Below are positions 1 to 11,700 of a stretch of DNA of 24,634 nucleotides, in pieces. The notes under the pieces were generated by a model. The model was not told the origin of the DNA and did not search any database. It saw only the letters and a program-made list of their open reading frames with translations. This DNA is from Zygophlyctis sp. KS116 (taxonomy: Eukaryota > Fungi > Chytridiomycota), in assembly GCA_054661495.1 (NCBI GenBank), contig BAAFSQ010000147.1, forward strand, positions 1-24,634, written 5' to 3'. The translations under genes and the position numbers were made by a program. Every line of letters begins with the position of its first letter. Position 1 is the first letter of the stretch.

Positions 1-66
1 ATTGTCCATTATGAATATGATCTGGATGTTCATGATGTAAACCTGGCCGTCGGTGTTCAGAAATAA
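1..66 (+). CDS. Possible 3' end of an unidentified gene entering from the left (IVHYEYDLDVHDVNLAVGVQK*)
   Basis: Frame 1 is open from position 1 to TAA at 64-66 and would be convergent with the RhoGAP stop at 114. Too short to identify. Confidence 0.3.
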   Translation: MVHYEYDLDVHDVNLAVGVQK

Positions 67-113
67 ATTATTCCCCTATGAAATGTTTTGAATATCAGTT
101 TGACATCAATTTT

Positions 114-2712
114 TTACGCCATATCCGAAGAATTATTGACCTTCATTTTGCGGATAATTTCCTTCCGATATTGATTGACTATTTCTTTAGGAGAAAGATT
201 ATTAGATATATTTTTCCCGGTCAATCGCACAGATTGATTATCTTCAAGTCCGATCGCTATGGCAGCTATTTTGTCAGGAACCGTCCATAACTCTTTTTGA
301 TGGAGTATGATTGATTTGAACACAGATGTAGATAATGATAATTCGTCAATCGATTGTTCATTTAAGCATGGATTTAGTATACTAGGAGCAATTATAGAAG
401 CTATACTTTCAACATTCATCTTATTCCCGGATTCGTCCTGTGTAAAATGCACTTTAAGACATTCAAAGAACCAAGCAAGAACTTGCAAAAGCTCTAAATT
501 GAACTTTGGGAGAAGGCACAGTACATAATTCAACGCTTCAAGCCTTTTAGAGTTTGTATCAAGTTCTAAAAGATGAAAATGCGATAATGATTACTTTGGG
601 AGACTATGAAAGCACGATAAAGTCTTGTAGTTAGCAATGGTTCTGGGAGATCCCTAAGGTATTTTTTCATCAGGGCGGCAAGTTGGATAGAAGAAAGGCC
701 GTCAAGCAAGATATTGAAGGGATCACTGTTGCAGGCCTCTGAAAATATTCGTAATTTTTTGATATTTCCATTCATACGGAAAATGCCATCTGCAGACAGG
801 TCTATAACATTTAAATTCTCGAAAGAATACCACTTTCAAGTAAAGCTGCTACCAAATTTCTAAAAAAAAGAGGAATACGATTTTTACGAACGTACTGTGG
901 TCCCAGATTTAAGGTGCATCCGTAATTCTCGATCTGAGATTCTAACGGAGCTCCAAAATATCCCTTTACTTAAACATAAAATAGGTATAAGAAACTACCT
1001 TGAATCTTCTGGTTTTGATTTGGAATCATGGGTCGGACTTTTTCTAAAATCTTTGACCAAACCGTCGCTTTCCGACTTTTCGCCAAAAACATCAGCTCTC
1101 TGAATGTAAAAAAATCAGAAACTAAGGCATGGAGCGAGATTACAGCCAATTGTCGGGCAATTATTAATTCATATCCTGATAAATCGGAAATACAAATATT
1201 AATAGTTTTTGATGTATTGACAGTTCCCGCCATTTCCTTTCGGTGTGAAAATAGAGCAAACTGAATTTTATTACGGTTTCCTACTACTTCTGTTTCAGAA
1301 GATGATTCAGTGGATGAATCTTCACTTGAACTTATTTGGCGCAATTGATTTTCAGAAGCATCAGCGATCTCTTGAAATTCATCAAGGTTAGCTAAAATTA
1401 GAAAAATGAAAGTTACGTGGATAAATCACATTAAAATGGCTACAAAGCTTTTTCAATCCATTGATGAGCAAAAAACTGTATTGCTCTAGTCTTGAAACTT
1501 GCCTAACTGCATGGAATTCATTGGCAGGGTGCTTTGGGCAGAATAATTCAGCGTCATTTGCATAAAATGTTTGCCTTTCTGGATATGATTCTCCACAAAT
1601 AGCACATTTCAGGCATGATGAATGCCATTTTTTACCAAAAGACCCCCAACAATCCTCTTCTAGTGGCACATTACAGCTGATGCAATTAGCTTGTCCATCT
1701 AATTCTAAAGAATTACCCCCTGACCTTGGAAAAATTGATCCGGACTCTAATAGGGTAACAAACTGCATGAGCATATCGGTAGAACCTTTTGATTCTAATC
1801 GCATAGCTTCACTTAATCCACCACGTAGTACAGTCTTCAAAGATTGTGCTATGCAAGTAACTAGAGAAATCAATTCTTCAGTGACCGGATTTATATGTTC
1901 TGATTTTGTTGTTGATGAAAGTATACATAAAAATTCAGTAATTCTTTGAGACAACAATTTTACATCATTAAATGGTATTTGAGATTTTTCAAGTATTTTA
2001 TCTGATTCAATTTCTAAAGAATATAGGGAGAAAAACAAACTTTCAATATAATTTGAGAATTCCAGGACTTGAATACTTATTTGAACATAATCTGAATTCG
2101 AGAAGTGAATTAGAATTGTGGATATACATTCTGCTGATGCATCTTCATAATTTGATAGTAAATTCAACACTTTTTCTACCATTACATTGGACAATTCCGA
2201 ATTATCTTCTTTTTCTATTTTAACATTCCAAAGTTTGTAGAGTTTGTAGCAATTAATATGCCATTGATCTATTTGACCATTAAGTTGAACATATTCATTT
2301 TTAATAAATTGTTTGCAGCCAGAACAAATCTCTGCAAAGTTTTTAGCATAATGAGTTTCACAGTATATTTTCCCTTGCCTCTCATAATAAGCATCTTTTG
2401 GTTGCAAGATTAATGGACATTCCGAGCAAGTAAAATGTTCCAAATGATATTTATGATTAGCATTCACAAAAGGCCCTTTGATCGGTTCTTTGCAATTATT
2501 ACAGAGTAGATCTATTGATTTGTAATAGCAAAATTCCTAAAATATAAAACAAATTAAAGTACACAAAGTAGCCGTTCTTTTGATCCATGGAAAACATCCA
2601 AATCCTTTAAACAATCAGAACATTTAAAACATGAAAGATGAAAAGGCTGGTCTAGAGCATTGACATATTTGTCCAAAGGATGAATATCTAGTGCGCATTT
2701 GGTACAGATCAT
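114..2712 (-). CDS. LIM-domain Rho GTPase-activating protein (Lrg1/Rga1-like), ~819 aa, 6 exons
   Basis: ATG at 2712 (MICTKCALD...FHLSCFKCSDC). Several LIM zinc-finger motifs (YHLEHFTCSEC, WHSSCLKCAIC). C-terminal RhoGAP with GIFR arginine finger, LMKKYLRDLPEPLL and NKMNVESIASIIAPSIL. Introns 2537-2562, 1392-1416, 969-998, 802-830, 566-594. Spliced length 2460 nt is divisible by 3. Confidence 0.9.
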
Positions 2713-2758
2713 TACTTTAACAATATTAAATATGTTTCTTTGATAGAGTCCGACCGTT

Positions 2759-2803
2759 TGACGTCATCCATATATTGAGCGCTATCGTAAATGAGTACGT
2801 CAT
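2759..2803 (-). promoter_or_regulatory. Two CRE/M26-like bZIP sites (TGACGTCA at 2759-2766; ATGACGTA at 2803-2796) upstream of the RhoGAP ATG
   Basis: Exact motif matches in the non-coding interval about 50-90 nt upstream of ATG 2712. Function is inferred. Confidence 0.45.
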
Positions 2804-3033
2804 CGTCCCATGATTGCACTCATCCATCATTAATAAGCAACCGTTTACCGCTTCAATAAACTCAAAAGATCACCAACTATAACTGATACATTATTTTCTA
2901 TTAATGGACCTGTTCTACAAAAGGACAAGATGAATCATTGGAAACGCGAGAAGTAATCTGAAATATTACGGATGGTTATAATACACATTTTGATGCAATG
3001 ATCTTAAAATATAAACAATCATCATTGATCTTC

Positions 3034-4992
3034 TCATTTTAGTACAAATTTTGATCCGCTAATCTGCACAAAATCACTTTTTTCCAGGAAATCAGAGAGT
3101 TCAACCACACTAAATGAAATTATATTCAACATGCTAAGTGTAGAATACATTGTTTGAGCATCTAAAGGTCCCAAGTTAGTAAGCATGCCTGTGATAAAAG
3201 GGATTAATGGGCTCAGATCAATTTCATTATCAATAATGTCTGGTAAATGTTCTTCATCTTCTATTATTTAAGAAATAAATAAATCACCATAATCCAAATC
3301 TATTCTAGTCTCCAAAACCTTCCATGTTTCATCAATATTAGCTAGAATTCCTTTCCTTTCCCAGAATCTACAGATATCTTTAACTTTATCCACTTCCATT
3401 CCTAATTTATTTGCCAGGAATGATTCTTCAAGCTCTTCTTGATGGCTGAATTCCTCTAATAATAATGCTTGAATTGGAAGTGCTTTTTGTGTAATAGTTC
3501 GATCCTTCAAATGAATTTCAATATCTACAGATCCAAGAGTATGATCCCAATAAACAGATCTTGCAGGTTTAAGTCTAGAAAATACTTTTGTATAAGAATC
3601 AAAAAATCTAATGTTTAGTCCACTGGATTACTTGTAATTTTTCAAATCAACTTTTTGATGATCCAATTTCTTTGGCCAATAATGTTGAGAACATACAATT
3701 GATCTGAAACTAATATTCTAGATTAAGTAATCATACAATTACATTTTTCTGTTCTTCATTAAAGCGAGAATATATTCTTTTTGAGTCTTTCAAGTCTTTT
3801 AACATAACCTCGCAGTTACTCAAACAATTTTCCCCTAAAAAAGATTTCAGAATTTCTATATCCTTAATCTACATCTTTAATTTTTAAAAATTACTTCTTC
3901 GTCAATATTATAATCATCACAGTTTAGTAATCTGTTCATGAGCATGTTTTCAAATTCAGTGACAAAAACCGAATGATCTTGATATATTGACAATAAATGA
4001 CTTGCAACTACAATTATTATCAAATATATACCATTAGAATCACTTTTGTCAGTTTCTGGATCTAAAAGTATATCCAAGATACATTTAACAGAATCCGATC
4101 GTGTGCTACTCTTAGTTTCATTCAATTTACTTTATATAAGAATGTATGTTATCAATAAAGCTCCCTTGATTACAAACTCTTTTAACATCTATCCAATCCT
4201 TCATTTCATCTAAAAATCCAAATATATTAATCAAACACGACAAAATATCTTGTGTGCTTGCCTATAATTAATTCTTTAAATTCATACAGATGGTTGCAGT
4301 AGCCTTGAGTCTATAGAATGACTTAATTCCAGTAATAGTTCTTCTTTTTGATTAAATCTTTTCATGCATCTCTATATTTTTTAAAATGTAAATTACCTTT
4401 AAATCATTAATCAATGCAATTGAATTAGGATAATCTGTCACAATATCAAACACTGAATGTATCCTATGTAAGCATAATGACTTGTACAAGTGAAATTCCA
4501 TTCTATTTTTCCATTCAATCGAATCTTGAAAGAAAATGTCCAAGCACGGTAAAATTTGCTCGAACCATTCCAAGCACTGATCCAAATCTCTGGAAAAAGT
4601 AAAATTTTCAATTTCCAAGAAAATTATTTCCGACAATAAAGGAGAAAAATCCAATCCCAACTCATGTCCGTCCTTTAAAACTTCAATAAATACTGGATTT
4701 AAATCCCCATAAAGTGCATTCATTGCATCTTCCTTGATCCAGATAAAAAAATCAGATAATTTCGCTTCAATATTGTTTTTTATAAATCGTTTTAATTCTG
4801 GAAAAGTTGAAAATTTGTAAGATTTCAGTAAATTGAGCAGTTGACTTTTATTATCTCTTGTTTGTGAAAACAAGGCCTTGAGCTCACTCCTTAAATAGTC
4901 TTTGGAATTATGACAAAAGAATTACATTTTTGTATTTCTATCGCGTCCCTGTCAGCAGCCATGGAGACAGCATGCGTTGATGTGTTTGCCAT
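3034..4992 (-). CDS. APC2: Anaphase-promoting complex subunit 2 (cullin-like), ~576 aa, 10 exons; start ATG 4992 or 4962
   Basis: APC2 motifs FDIVTDYPNS, RLLQPSASTQDIL, LLSIY..FVTEFENMLMNRLL, CEVMLKDLKDSKRI, SQHYWP, W.HTLGSVDIEI and FITGMLTNLGPL (winged-helix C-terminus). Introns 4900-4925, 4372-4396, 4262-4287, 4106-4130, 4008-4031, 3869-3894, 3718-3742, 3608-3631, 3261-3287. TGA at 3034-3036. Confidence 0.9.
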
Positions 4993-5069
4993 TGAAAACC
5001 TACTTTTGGCGTTGGACCTTGAGCCATCTTCAATAAGGTCATATTATATAAATATTATTCTATTATAGA

Positions 5070-8000
5070 CTATTTAGGCTTTTCAAACGGTAATTTTTTC
5101 TTTCCGGCTTTGAAGCTTGGCTTTGAATTTTGAGAGCCAATGTCTTGTAAATCATGGCATACAAGTTTATGATAAATAGATTCATTTTTAACTTTTTTAG
5201 AATATTCCACCCGTTTCTTGACAGCTCCTGAGAATGAGAAAAATAACGAATCTCTTTTAATTGTAATTAGATCTGATGGAATTTTCCAGTCCTCTGCTTC
5301 TTTTTTTCTAGCCCAAAATACTTTCCATTTACTAATGCATTCAGATCTTATAGATCTAATCTTTAATCTTCTTACGTTTTCTTTGAAATCAACTACATTT
5401 TCATTTGCAACTTTTGAGGATTTAGCTGCTCCTCCAGTCCAAGTTTCAAGTAATTGTTTTTTCATGTCCTTCTTAATTCCAAGTAATATTTCATTTCTTT
5501 GTGCTTCTAGTAGATTTTCTTCTTCGACATCTGGTGGTAATTTCATAAATGTATTTGGATCTTCTAAATTCCAATTTCTGGTTTGTCCGAAAAATCCAAT
5601 AAAATCTCCACTTGAAGTCCATATTCTGAGAGTAGCATCTTTAGATGCTGTTAGAATAATTTTTAGAGATTCAATATAACAAACACTAAAAATTCAACTT
5701 TATGATTTTACCTAGATATAGTTACTATATGGGCTCTCCAATTATACAATGCATGTACGTCAGAATCTTTCGTAGCATTAAGTACTTCAAGAATGCTCAC
5801 AATCTTAAATTTAATATTAATACGAATCTTACACGCATATGTCCTTTAGATCCTGAAATAATTAAGTTTTGATTTTGTTCATCAATACACATTGAAGTAA
5901 GCCCTTCTTCTTGATATAATTGCAAATTTATCTAAATATTAGTATTTAAAGTTTACTTCTGATATTAAATCTGCAGTATTCAAGTTCCAAAGTCTAATAC
6001 ATCCATCCGCATGACATGATGCAATACAAAGTTGGCCATTAGTTGAATCTTTTATAAATAAAATCTTTTCAACAGGTTTCTCATCATGCTTTTTCAATGA
6101 TAAAAATGGATCCCTTAATGCAAATCTTATAGTACCACCTTCCAAGTTCCATAAGAGTATCGCACCATCCGTACTCCCAGTAGCAAGCCAATGGGGTTCA
6201 TGGAAAGCAACAGTGCATATATCACCTTGATGGCCTTTATGAACACTGTTTCCAACACCATTTAAAACTTTAGCTGGTATTGATTCATTTTCATCAGGAT
6301 CATCAAGATATATATTGATTAAACGATCCCATCCAACACCAATAATATATCTATTATACCCCTTATTTTATTCATTTTAAAGAATATACCATTTCAATGT
6401 AGCAAATGTCGTCAATTTCTAAATTATTATCCTTGGTCATATTCTTCAAAATCTGGCCATTATTATAATTCCACATTTTCATAACTCCATCTCTACTTCC
6501 CGTGATCAATCTACGTCCACTTTTGTCAAAGCAAACGGATGTCAATTCATTTTTCTATTTGAATAAATAATACTTTTGAATTACCCCATGAGCGTTTTGA
6601 TATTGAAAGATTTTACTTCCTGTTGACGGATCCCAAATTGTTACTGTTCCATCTTGACTTGCACTAACAATCTAGCATAAAGTTTCCTTGTTTACCTGAT
6701 GGAAACTTATATGAAACATTACAGACACTACTGCTGACTCGTGACTTTTTGGAACCAGACGTTTTGATCCAGCATACAACTAAAGATTACAATATTTTAA
6801 GATAATACAGGCCATGACTCTATTTTGTCACTTCCAGTTATGATTTGTCTGTTATAGCTATCATAGTATATTGATGTTATAATATTATCTGGTCTATGAG
6901 CAATACGATCATAAACAGTTTGTAGACATTGTAAATTTTTAGCATTCCATACTTTAATAACTTTATCATCTGCTAATGAAATTATATGACTTTGTTCATG
7001 ATTAATGATAACTTTTGAAATAGCAGCAGTATGTCCATACAAACAAGCAGTCGGTTTTGATAAAACATATGGATTCCATAATCGACTTTACTTAGACGAA
7101 AATAATTACATAATTTTGTCTCTTCCTCCAGTGACCATAAAACTTGGTCTTTTAATAAAATCAAATGCCTTTACTCCTAATGGAACATCAATCCGTCGAA
7201 TAGTTTTCCGTTCCACGTCTCCAAGTATTAATGATGTATTACTAACAGAAGAACAAGTAATAAATGCATTCATTTCTTCAGAATATCGTACTTGTAAAAC
7301 CCAATCAGAATGACATTTTCTCTAAAATTATTATATAAAAAAGGTACCGACATCATCATAATATGATATTTTTCAAAACTATCCCTCTTGATTAGAAATT
7401 GTTGAGTTAAAAAATCATTAAATTCATTTTCTGAACTATTATCAACCAGAAATTTCCTTCTCATTTTGAATATATTTACATTTCCCCCATCGTCTCCAAC
7501 AAGTATTAAATCCACATCATCATCATAATTACCTGAATAATTTAGAGAAATTTAGGAAAATTACTAGAGTAATGCAAGCATAATGGATTATATTCCAATT
7601 GTGAAATAGAAGCAATCATTCTCGGTTTTATAGATGTTATATCAAAAAATGATAATCGTCGATCATCTGTAATCAGAGCAATCCTATTCAATTCTTGTAA
7701 ATATTTTGCATCTGCGACCCAAGAAGCTTTTGGAGTAAAATCTCTAATATTTATATATCGTTGTAATTGTAAATTTGTAGACCATAAACTGATAGATCCT
7801 TCTCTTCTACAATATTAATAAAATTAATTACCCAACAGTAACATATTTCTTTTCTCTATTAATAAAGAATAGAAAAATCAACATATCCCGATGAGGAACA
7901 CTTGATAATCTTTTAGATTTTTCATTTATAATTGGTACTGTAAATGTTTCTTCTAAAGACACAGTCATCATATAAGAAGAAAATTCATCCCAAGAGACTG

Positions 8001-8243
8001 TTCCATCTGAATTAGCATCAATTTTGTTAAATAAAGTTGTCAATTCATCATTTGATAAATTCCCACCCAATACTTTATCAAATACTTTTAAAAACTAGTT
8101 TTAGTTGAAATAAATACCATTTCTAAATCAAATCCACTAGATCCATCTTCATTTGTATGATTTTCAAACAATGATTGTAATTGTTCAAAGTGTTTTATAT
8201 TCATATGTTCTCTAATATCATTTCTTTCCTCTTTATTAGCCAT
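5070..8243 (-). CDS. EF-hand plus WD40-repeat cilia-associated protein, WDR49/CFAP337/WDR64-like, ~950 aa, 13 exons
   Basis: N-terminal EF-hand (LFNKIDANSDGTVSWDEFSSYM) followed by many WD40 repeats (TGGRDKIIRLWNPY, GHTAAI, DKSGRRLITGSRDGVMKMWNYNNG, WRAH). Introns 8095-8117, 7807-7831, 7533-7564, 7322-7347, 7086-7109, 6780-6808, 6672-6695, 6555-6584, 6362-6389, 5932-5956, 5804-5832, 5686-5711. Spliced length 2853 nt. Confidence 0.8.
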
Positions 8244-8267
8244 ATACGTCATCCAACGGGAATTTCC
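8244..8267. promoter_or_regulatory. 24-nt spacer between divergent start codons, containing ATGACGTA (8252-8245, minus strand)
   Basis: ATG on the minus strand at 8243 and on the plus strand at 8268; spacer sequence ATACGTCATCCAACGGGAATTTCC. Confidence 0.45.
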
Positions 8268-8732
8268 ATGAGACTTGAGAGCATTAATCATCCAAAAGTA
8301 CTCTTATCATCCCAAGAATGGTCTTCTTCCAAAAGACTAGTAAACTTATTTTCTCATGCTATTTGGAAAGTAATATATAGAATAAGAGCACAAAAACTAT
8401 TGTCTAAACTCAAAAATCACAATAATACTATTATTGAACAATCTATTAAAGACAAGAAAATCAGACTCCCTCTTACATTTCTAAATAATCAGACTCTTGA
8501 AAGAGGTAAATCTCTTTCAACCATTCCAAAAGAAATCAACCTTTTCAAAACTCCATTCAAGCTTTCAACAGAGTTGAGCCAGACTTTATTCGTTTCTAAA
8601 GACTTTATAGCCTTTAAACCAAATGACTATTCTACAACTATTCAGTGGAAATTTAAAAGCTCAACTAAAACTAAAACTGATTTATTAGAATCTAGTGGAA
8701 TTGCAAGATTCCTGAAACCTCTAAGTTTGTAA
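8268..8732 (+). CDS. Small protein (~154 aa) with a CFAP221/PCDP1-like amphipathic, putative calmodulin-binding helix
   Basis: The ORF fills the space between the WD gene start and the IFT140 stop; ATG at 8268. WSSSKRLVNLFSHAIWKVIYRIRAQKLL has the W-x4-R-x4-F-x5-KV-x4-R-x4-L spacing I recall for CFAP221. Possible in-frame 27-nt intron at 8506-8532. Confidence 0.6.
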   Translation: MRLESINHPKVLLSSQEWSSSKRLVNLFSHAIWKVIYRIRAQKLLSKLKNHNNTIIEQSIKDKKIRLPLTFLNNQTLERGKSLSTIPKEINLFKTPFKLSTELSQTLFVSKDFIAFKPNDYSTTIQWKFKSSTKTKTDLLESSGIARFLKPLSL

Positions 8733-11700
8733 TCCCAACCAGTCCAATACTTGATGATCCAACTCTAAAGAGGAAATATCAACTTTTTCTAATAAATCTT
8801 TAGCACTTGGCAAGTCTTGATTGTTATAATAGAGTTGTAATAATAGATTACAAATATCTAAATTTGAGACTCCAGAGTCTTTTTCTTGTAATAATTCTTT
8901 TAATTCCTTTATATACTCTACAGACTTGGCAAGAGAAGCTTCAAGAAACCTTTCTTGACAATATATAGACTTTTCTAGACTAGAAATTCGTTTAGATCCA
9001 GATTTTTGAGCATATTTTAAAGCTTCCTTATTAGCTGCTATCGCCTAGAGTTAAGTCTTGTAAATACCTGAGAATAATTAGAATAGTCTAAAACTTCAAT
9101 TCCTGCACAAGATTCATAAAATGCAACTAGAGACTCGTATGATTTTGCCTAATATTACCAAATATATACATACTCTTGTATAAAATGTAATTATTGCCTT
9201 TAAAATTGAGGAATCCTTTCTCCATTCCAAAGACTGGAGATAATTTCCAGCAATTACATAAATCTCTGAAACTTCTCTTCCCAATATATCTAGTCTTATA
9301 ATTTTAGTAATTACTAGCAAAATGTATGATCCTGTCTTTATCTCCTGATCTAAGAAGAGCTTGCATAGCAGCCATTTTTTGTCCTGATTGAATATACTTT
9401 TTACATGCCAACAAATATAGTCCCTGATTCATACAAAGTTGTGCAATTTGAATTAAATCAGACTCTACACTACCAACATTCTCTAAAACTGATTCATTTG
9501 GCACAATTTTGTACTCTTGACAGATTTTAATACCTTTTTGAATATTTCCAGAATTGAAGTATGCAATAACTGCCTTTCCATACAGTTGATTCTCCATAAA
9601 TAAATTCCCACACTTCTCTAATAGACTAGTATTTGTTTTTTCATGCAATATGAGTTCTGACAAACAATCAAATAATTTGTGTTGGAAACAAAGTTCAAGA
9701 GCTCTTCCAGTTGATCCACTTTTACGATATAATAGTATAGCTTTTTCAATTTGTCCTGGAATACTTTCAAAGTACCTGAATTTACTGTAAATAAAATACC
9801 TGGCTACGTCCTTCATACATTCAATCGATCCTTGAAGTGCTAGTCTCATTAATTCTCCATCCAGTTGATGGTCTTTACAAACTTGAATAGCATTGCCATG
9901 ACAATTAGATTTGGCATAATAATTAACGGCTTCAATTGGCTGATATATTAATTAATAAATTTATACCTGGTTATTGTCTTCAAAGTATCTTGCCAAATGG
10001 TACGATGCAGTCACATTATTACTAGACTCAACTAGTTGAACCGCTTTTTCTAATTCTCCAGTAAAACAATACATTCTAGAGAGACTTAGAGTATCATTGG
10101 CCTTTTCATAGTATTTTATAGATTCTTCAATGTTTCCAACACTTTCCATGTATTGTCCCCACCATTTATAAAGGTTGGAGTCGTCTTTGGCGTCAATATA
10201 CTCTTTTAACTGCTCCAGTTTTTGGATTTTATACAGCATTCTAGGGATTTGAATATGGGAATTTCCTGCTTTTTCAAGAGCTGCAATTGATCCAATTATA
10301 TCTCCAATACTAGATAAATAAGTTGCATATTTAAAGAATTCTTTTCTTTGTCCAATCGAATTTTCTGAATCAAGAGATGATTCCCATTTTCCAGTATATT
10401 GATAAAGACTGTTTACAAGATCCTTTCTACCTTTCGATTCGTAAATTTCTTGTGCATCGTCGTACAAACCCAAGCTTATTGCAATTAGACCATATTTGGC
10501 TTCGTCTGTTTCATTATTTAATTCTCGAAGTGATCTTAATGCTTTGGCATCTCCTATTTTAGAGAGGCAGAGTCTAGCAATGTCCAGTCTTTTAGATTTG
10601 ATACTCATTGTAGCCAAAGTTTTCCATATTTGAGGATTATTTATAAATCTAACTGCTCGAACAGCATCATCTATTTTTCCCAACTTTAGAAAAAGACTAA
10701 AGTCTGTAATCATTTTAAGAATTGAAGAGTCTCCTTCGCTAATATGTTCGTAATTCTTTAATTTTTGTTTTAATATAATGCTTTCTATTTTGTCTTGTTC
10801 TTGGCCCTATATTTTAAAAAAGAGAATTTACCAGAGTTAAAAAAAGATTGTATGGCATGTCGGATTGGAAAAGAGTTCCAGACTGAGGAGTAATATATCT
10901 GCTTAATTCTCCTATTCCCGAATCCATGATATACATGGTTAGTGTATTGGATTCTACGACTGAATCTAGAATTAAATTATTTCATAATACCTAAATTTTT
11001 GGTTTCTATTTCGCATGTAAATAATCTTGGATCATTAGCATCCCAAACATGTTTAGAGATCTATATTATGAGTGTATAAGCAGTACAATAGAATTGGCTG
11101 GGAAATCGTGACAAAGTAAATTGTCATTCATGATATCATACAAAAATAACTGAGCTATGCTTGAATTTGAAGAAGCCAAGTTTGCTAAACTTTAATTTAT
11201 TGTAATTCACCTTGAATAGATATTATAGTACTATTGCTATTTGTTTTGATATCTCTTATATTTGATAGTGCAGACAATGATTTGGTTGCAATTAATTTTG
11301 GCTCTCTCCTTTGAATATCATACAGTTTTAAGTCATCCCCTGCAATCTAAAATATTATTCCATTTAGTTTTACAAGAGCTAATACTTGCTGTCCAACCAC
11401 CAAATTAGTAATAGAATGTTGATGAGCTGATATAGTTTGCTTTTTAATACCAGAATAATTATAAACTTCCAATAAATTCCCTGACGCTATATATATCCCA
11501 CTTTTATGAATTGCAAACAATGATTGCTCTATTGGTAATGTAACAGAAGGAGATAATTCAATCGAGTCATTTGTGAATTTATATATTTGCAATAACAATC
11601 CTGTCCAAATTCCTAGTGCCTGATCACAGATTGCTAATTTTTTAATAAGAGCTTTGGATTGTGCGACATGTTTAATCTTTAGTCAGATTTAACTGTACTT

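Noticed and set aside
2713-3033. Possible small spliced gene or C/D snoRNA in the APC2-RhoGAP interval (intron-like 2958-2984; ATGATGA near 3020-3026 on the minus strand)
   Set aside because: No consistent reading frame, and no matching D box or terminal stem could be built.
4980-5010. TTTGCCATTGAAAAC resembling part of U4 snRNA
   Set aside because: No U6-pairing 5' region, kink-turn or Sm site is evident, and the segment overlaps the likely APC2 start.
8261-8275. X-box (RFX)-like ATTTCCATGAGAC at the ciliary gene pair, and a similar word near 4955-4968
   Set aside because: Imperfect matches centred on start codons; none found upstream of IFT140 or CFAP46.
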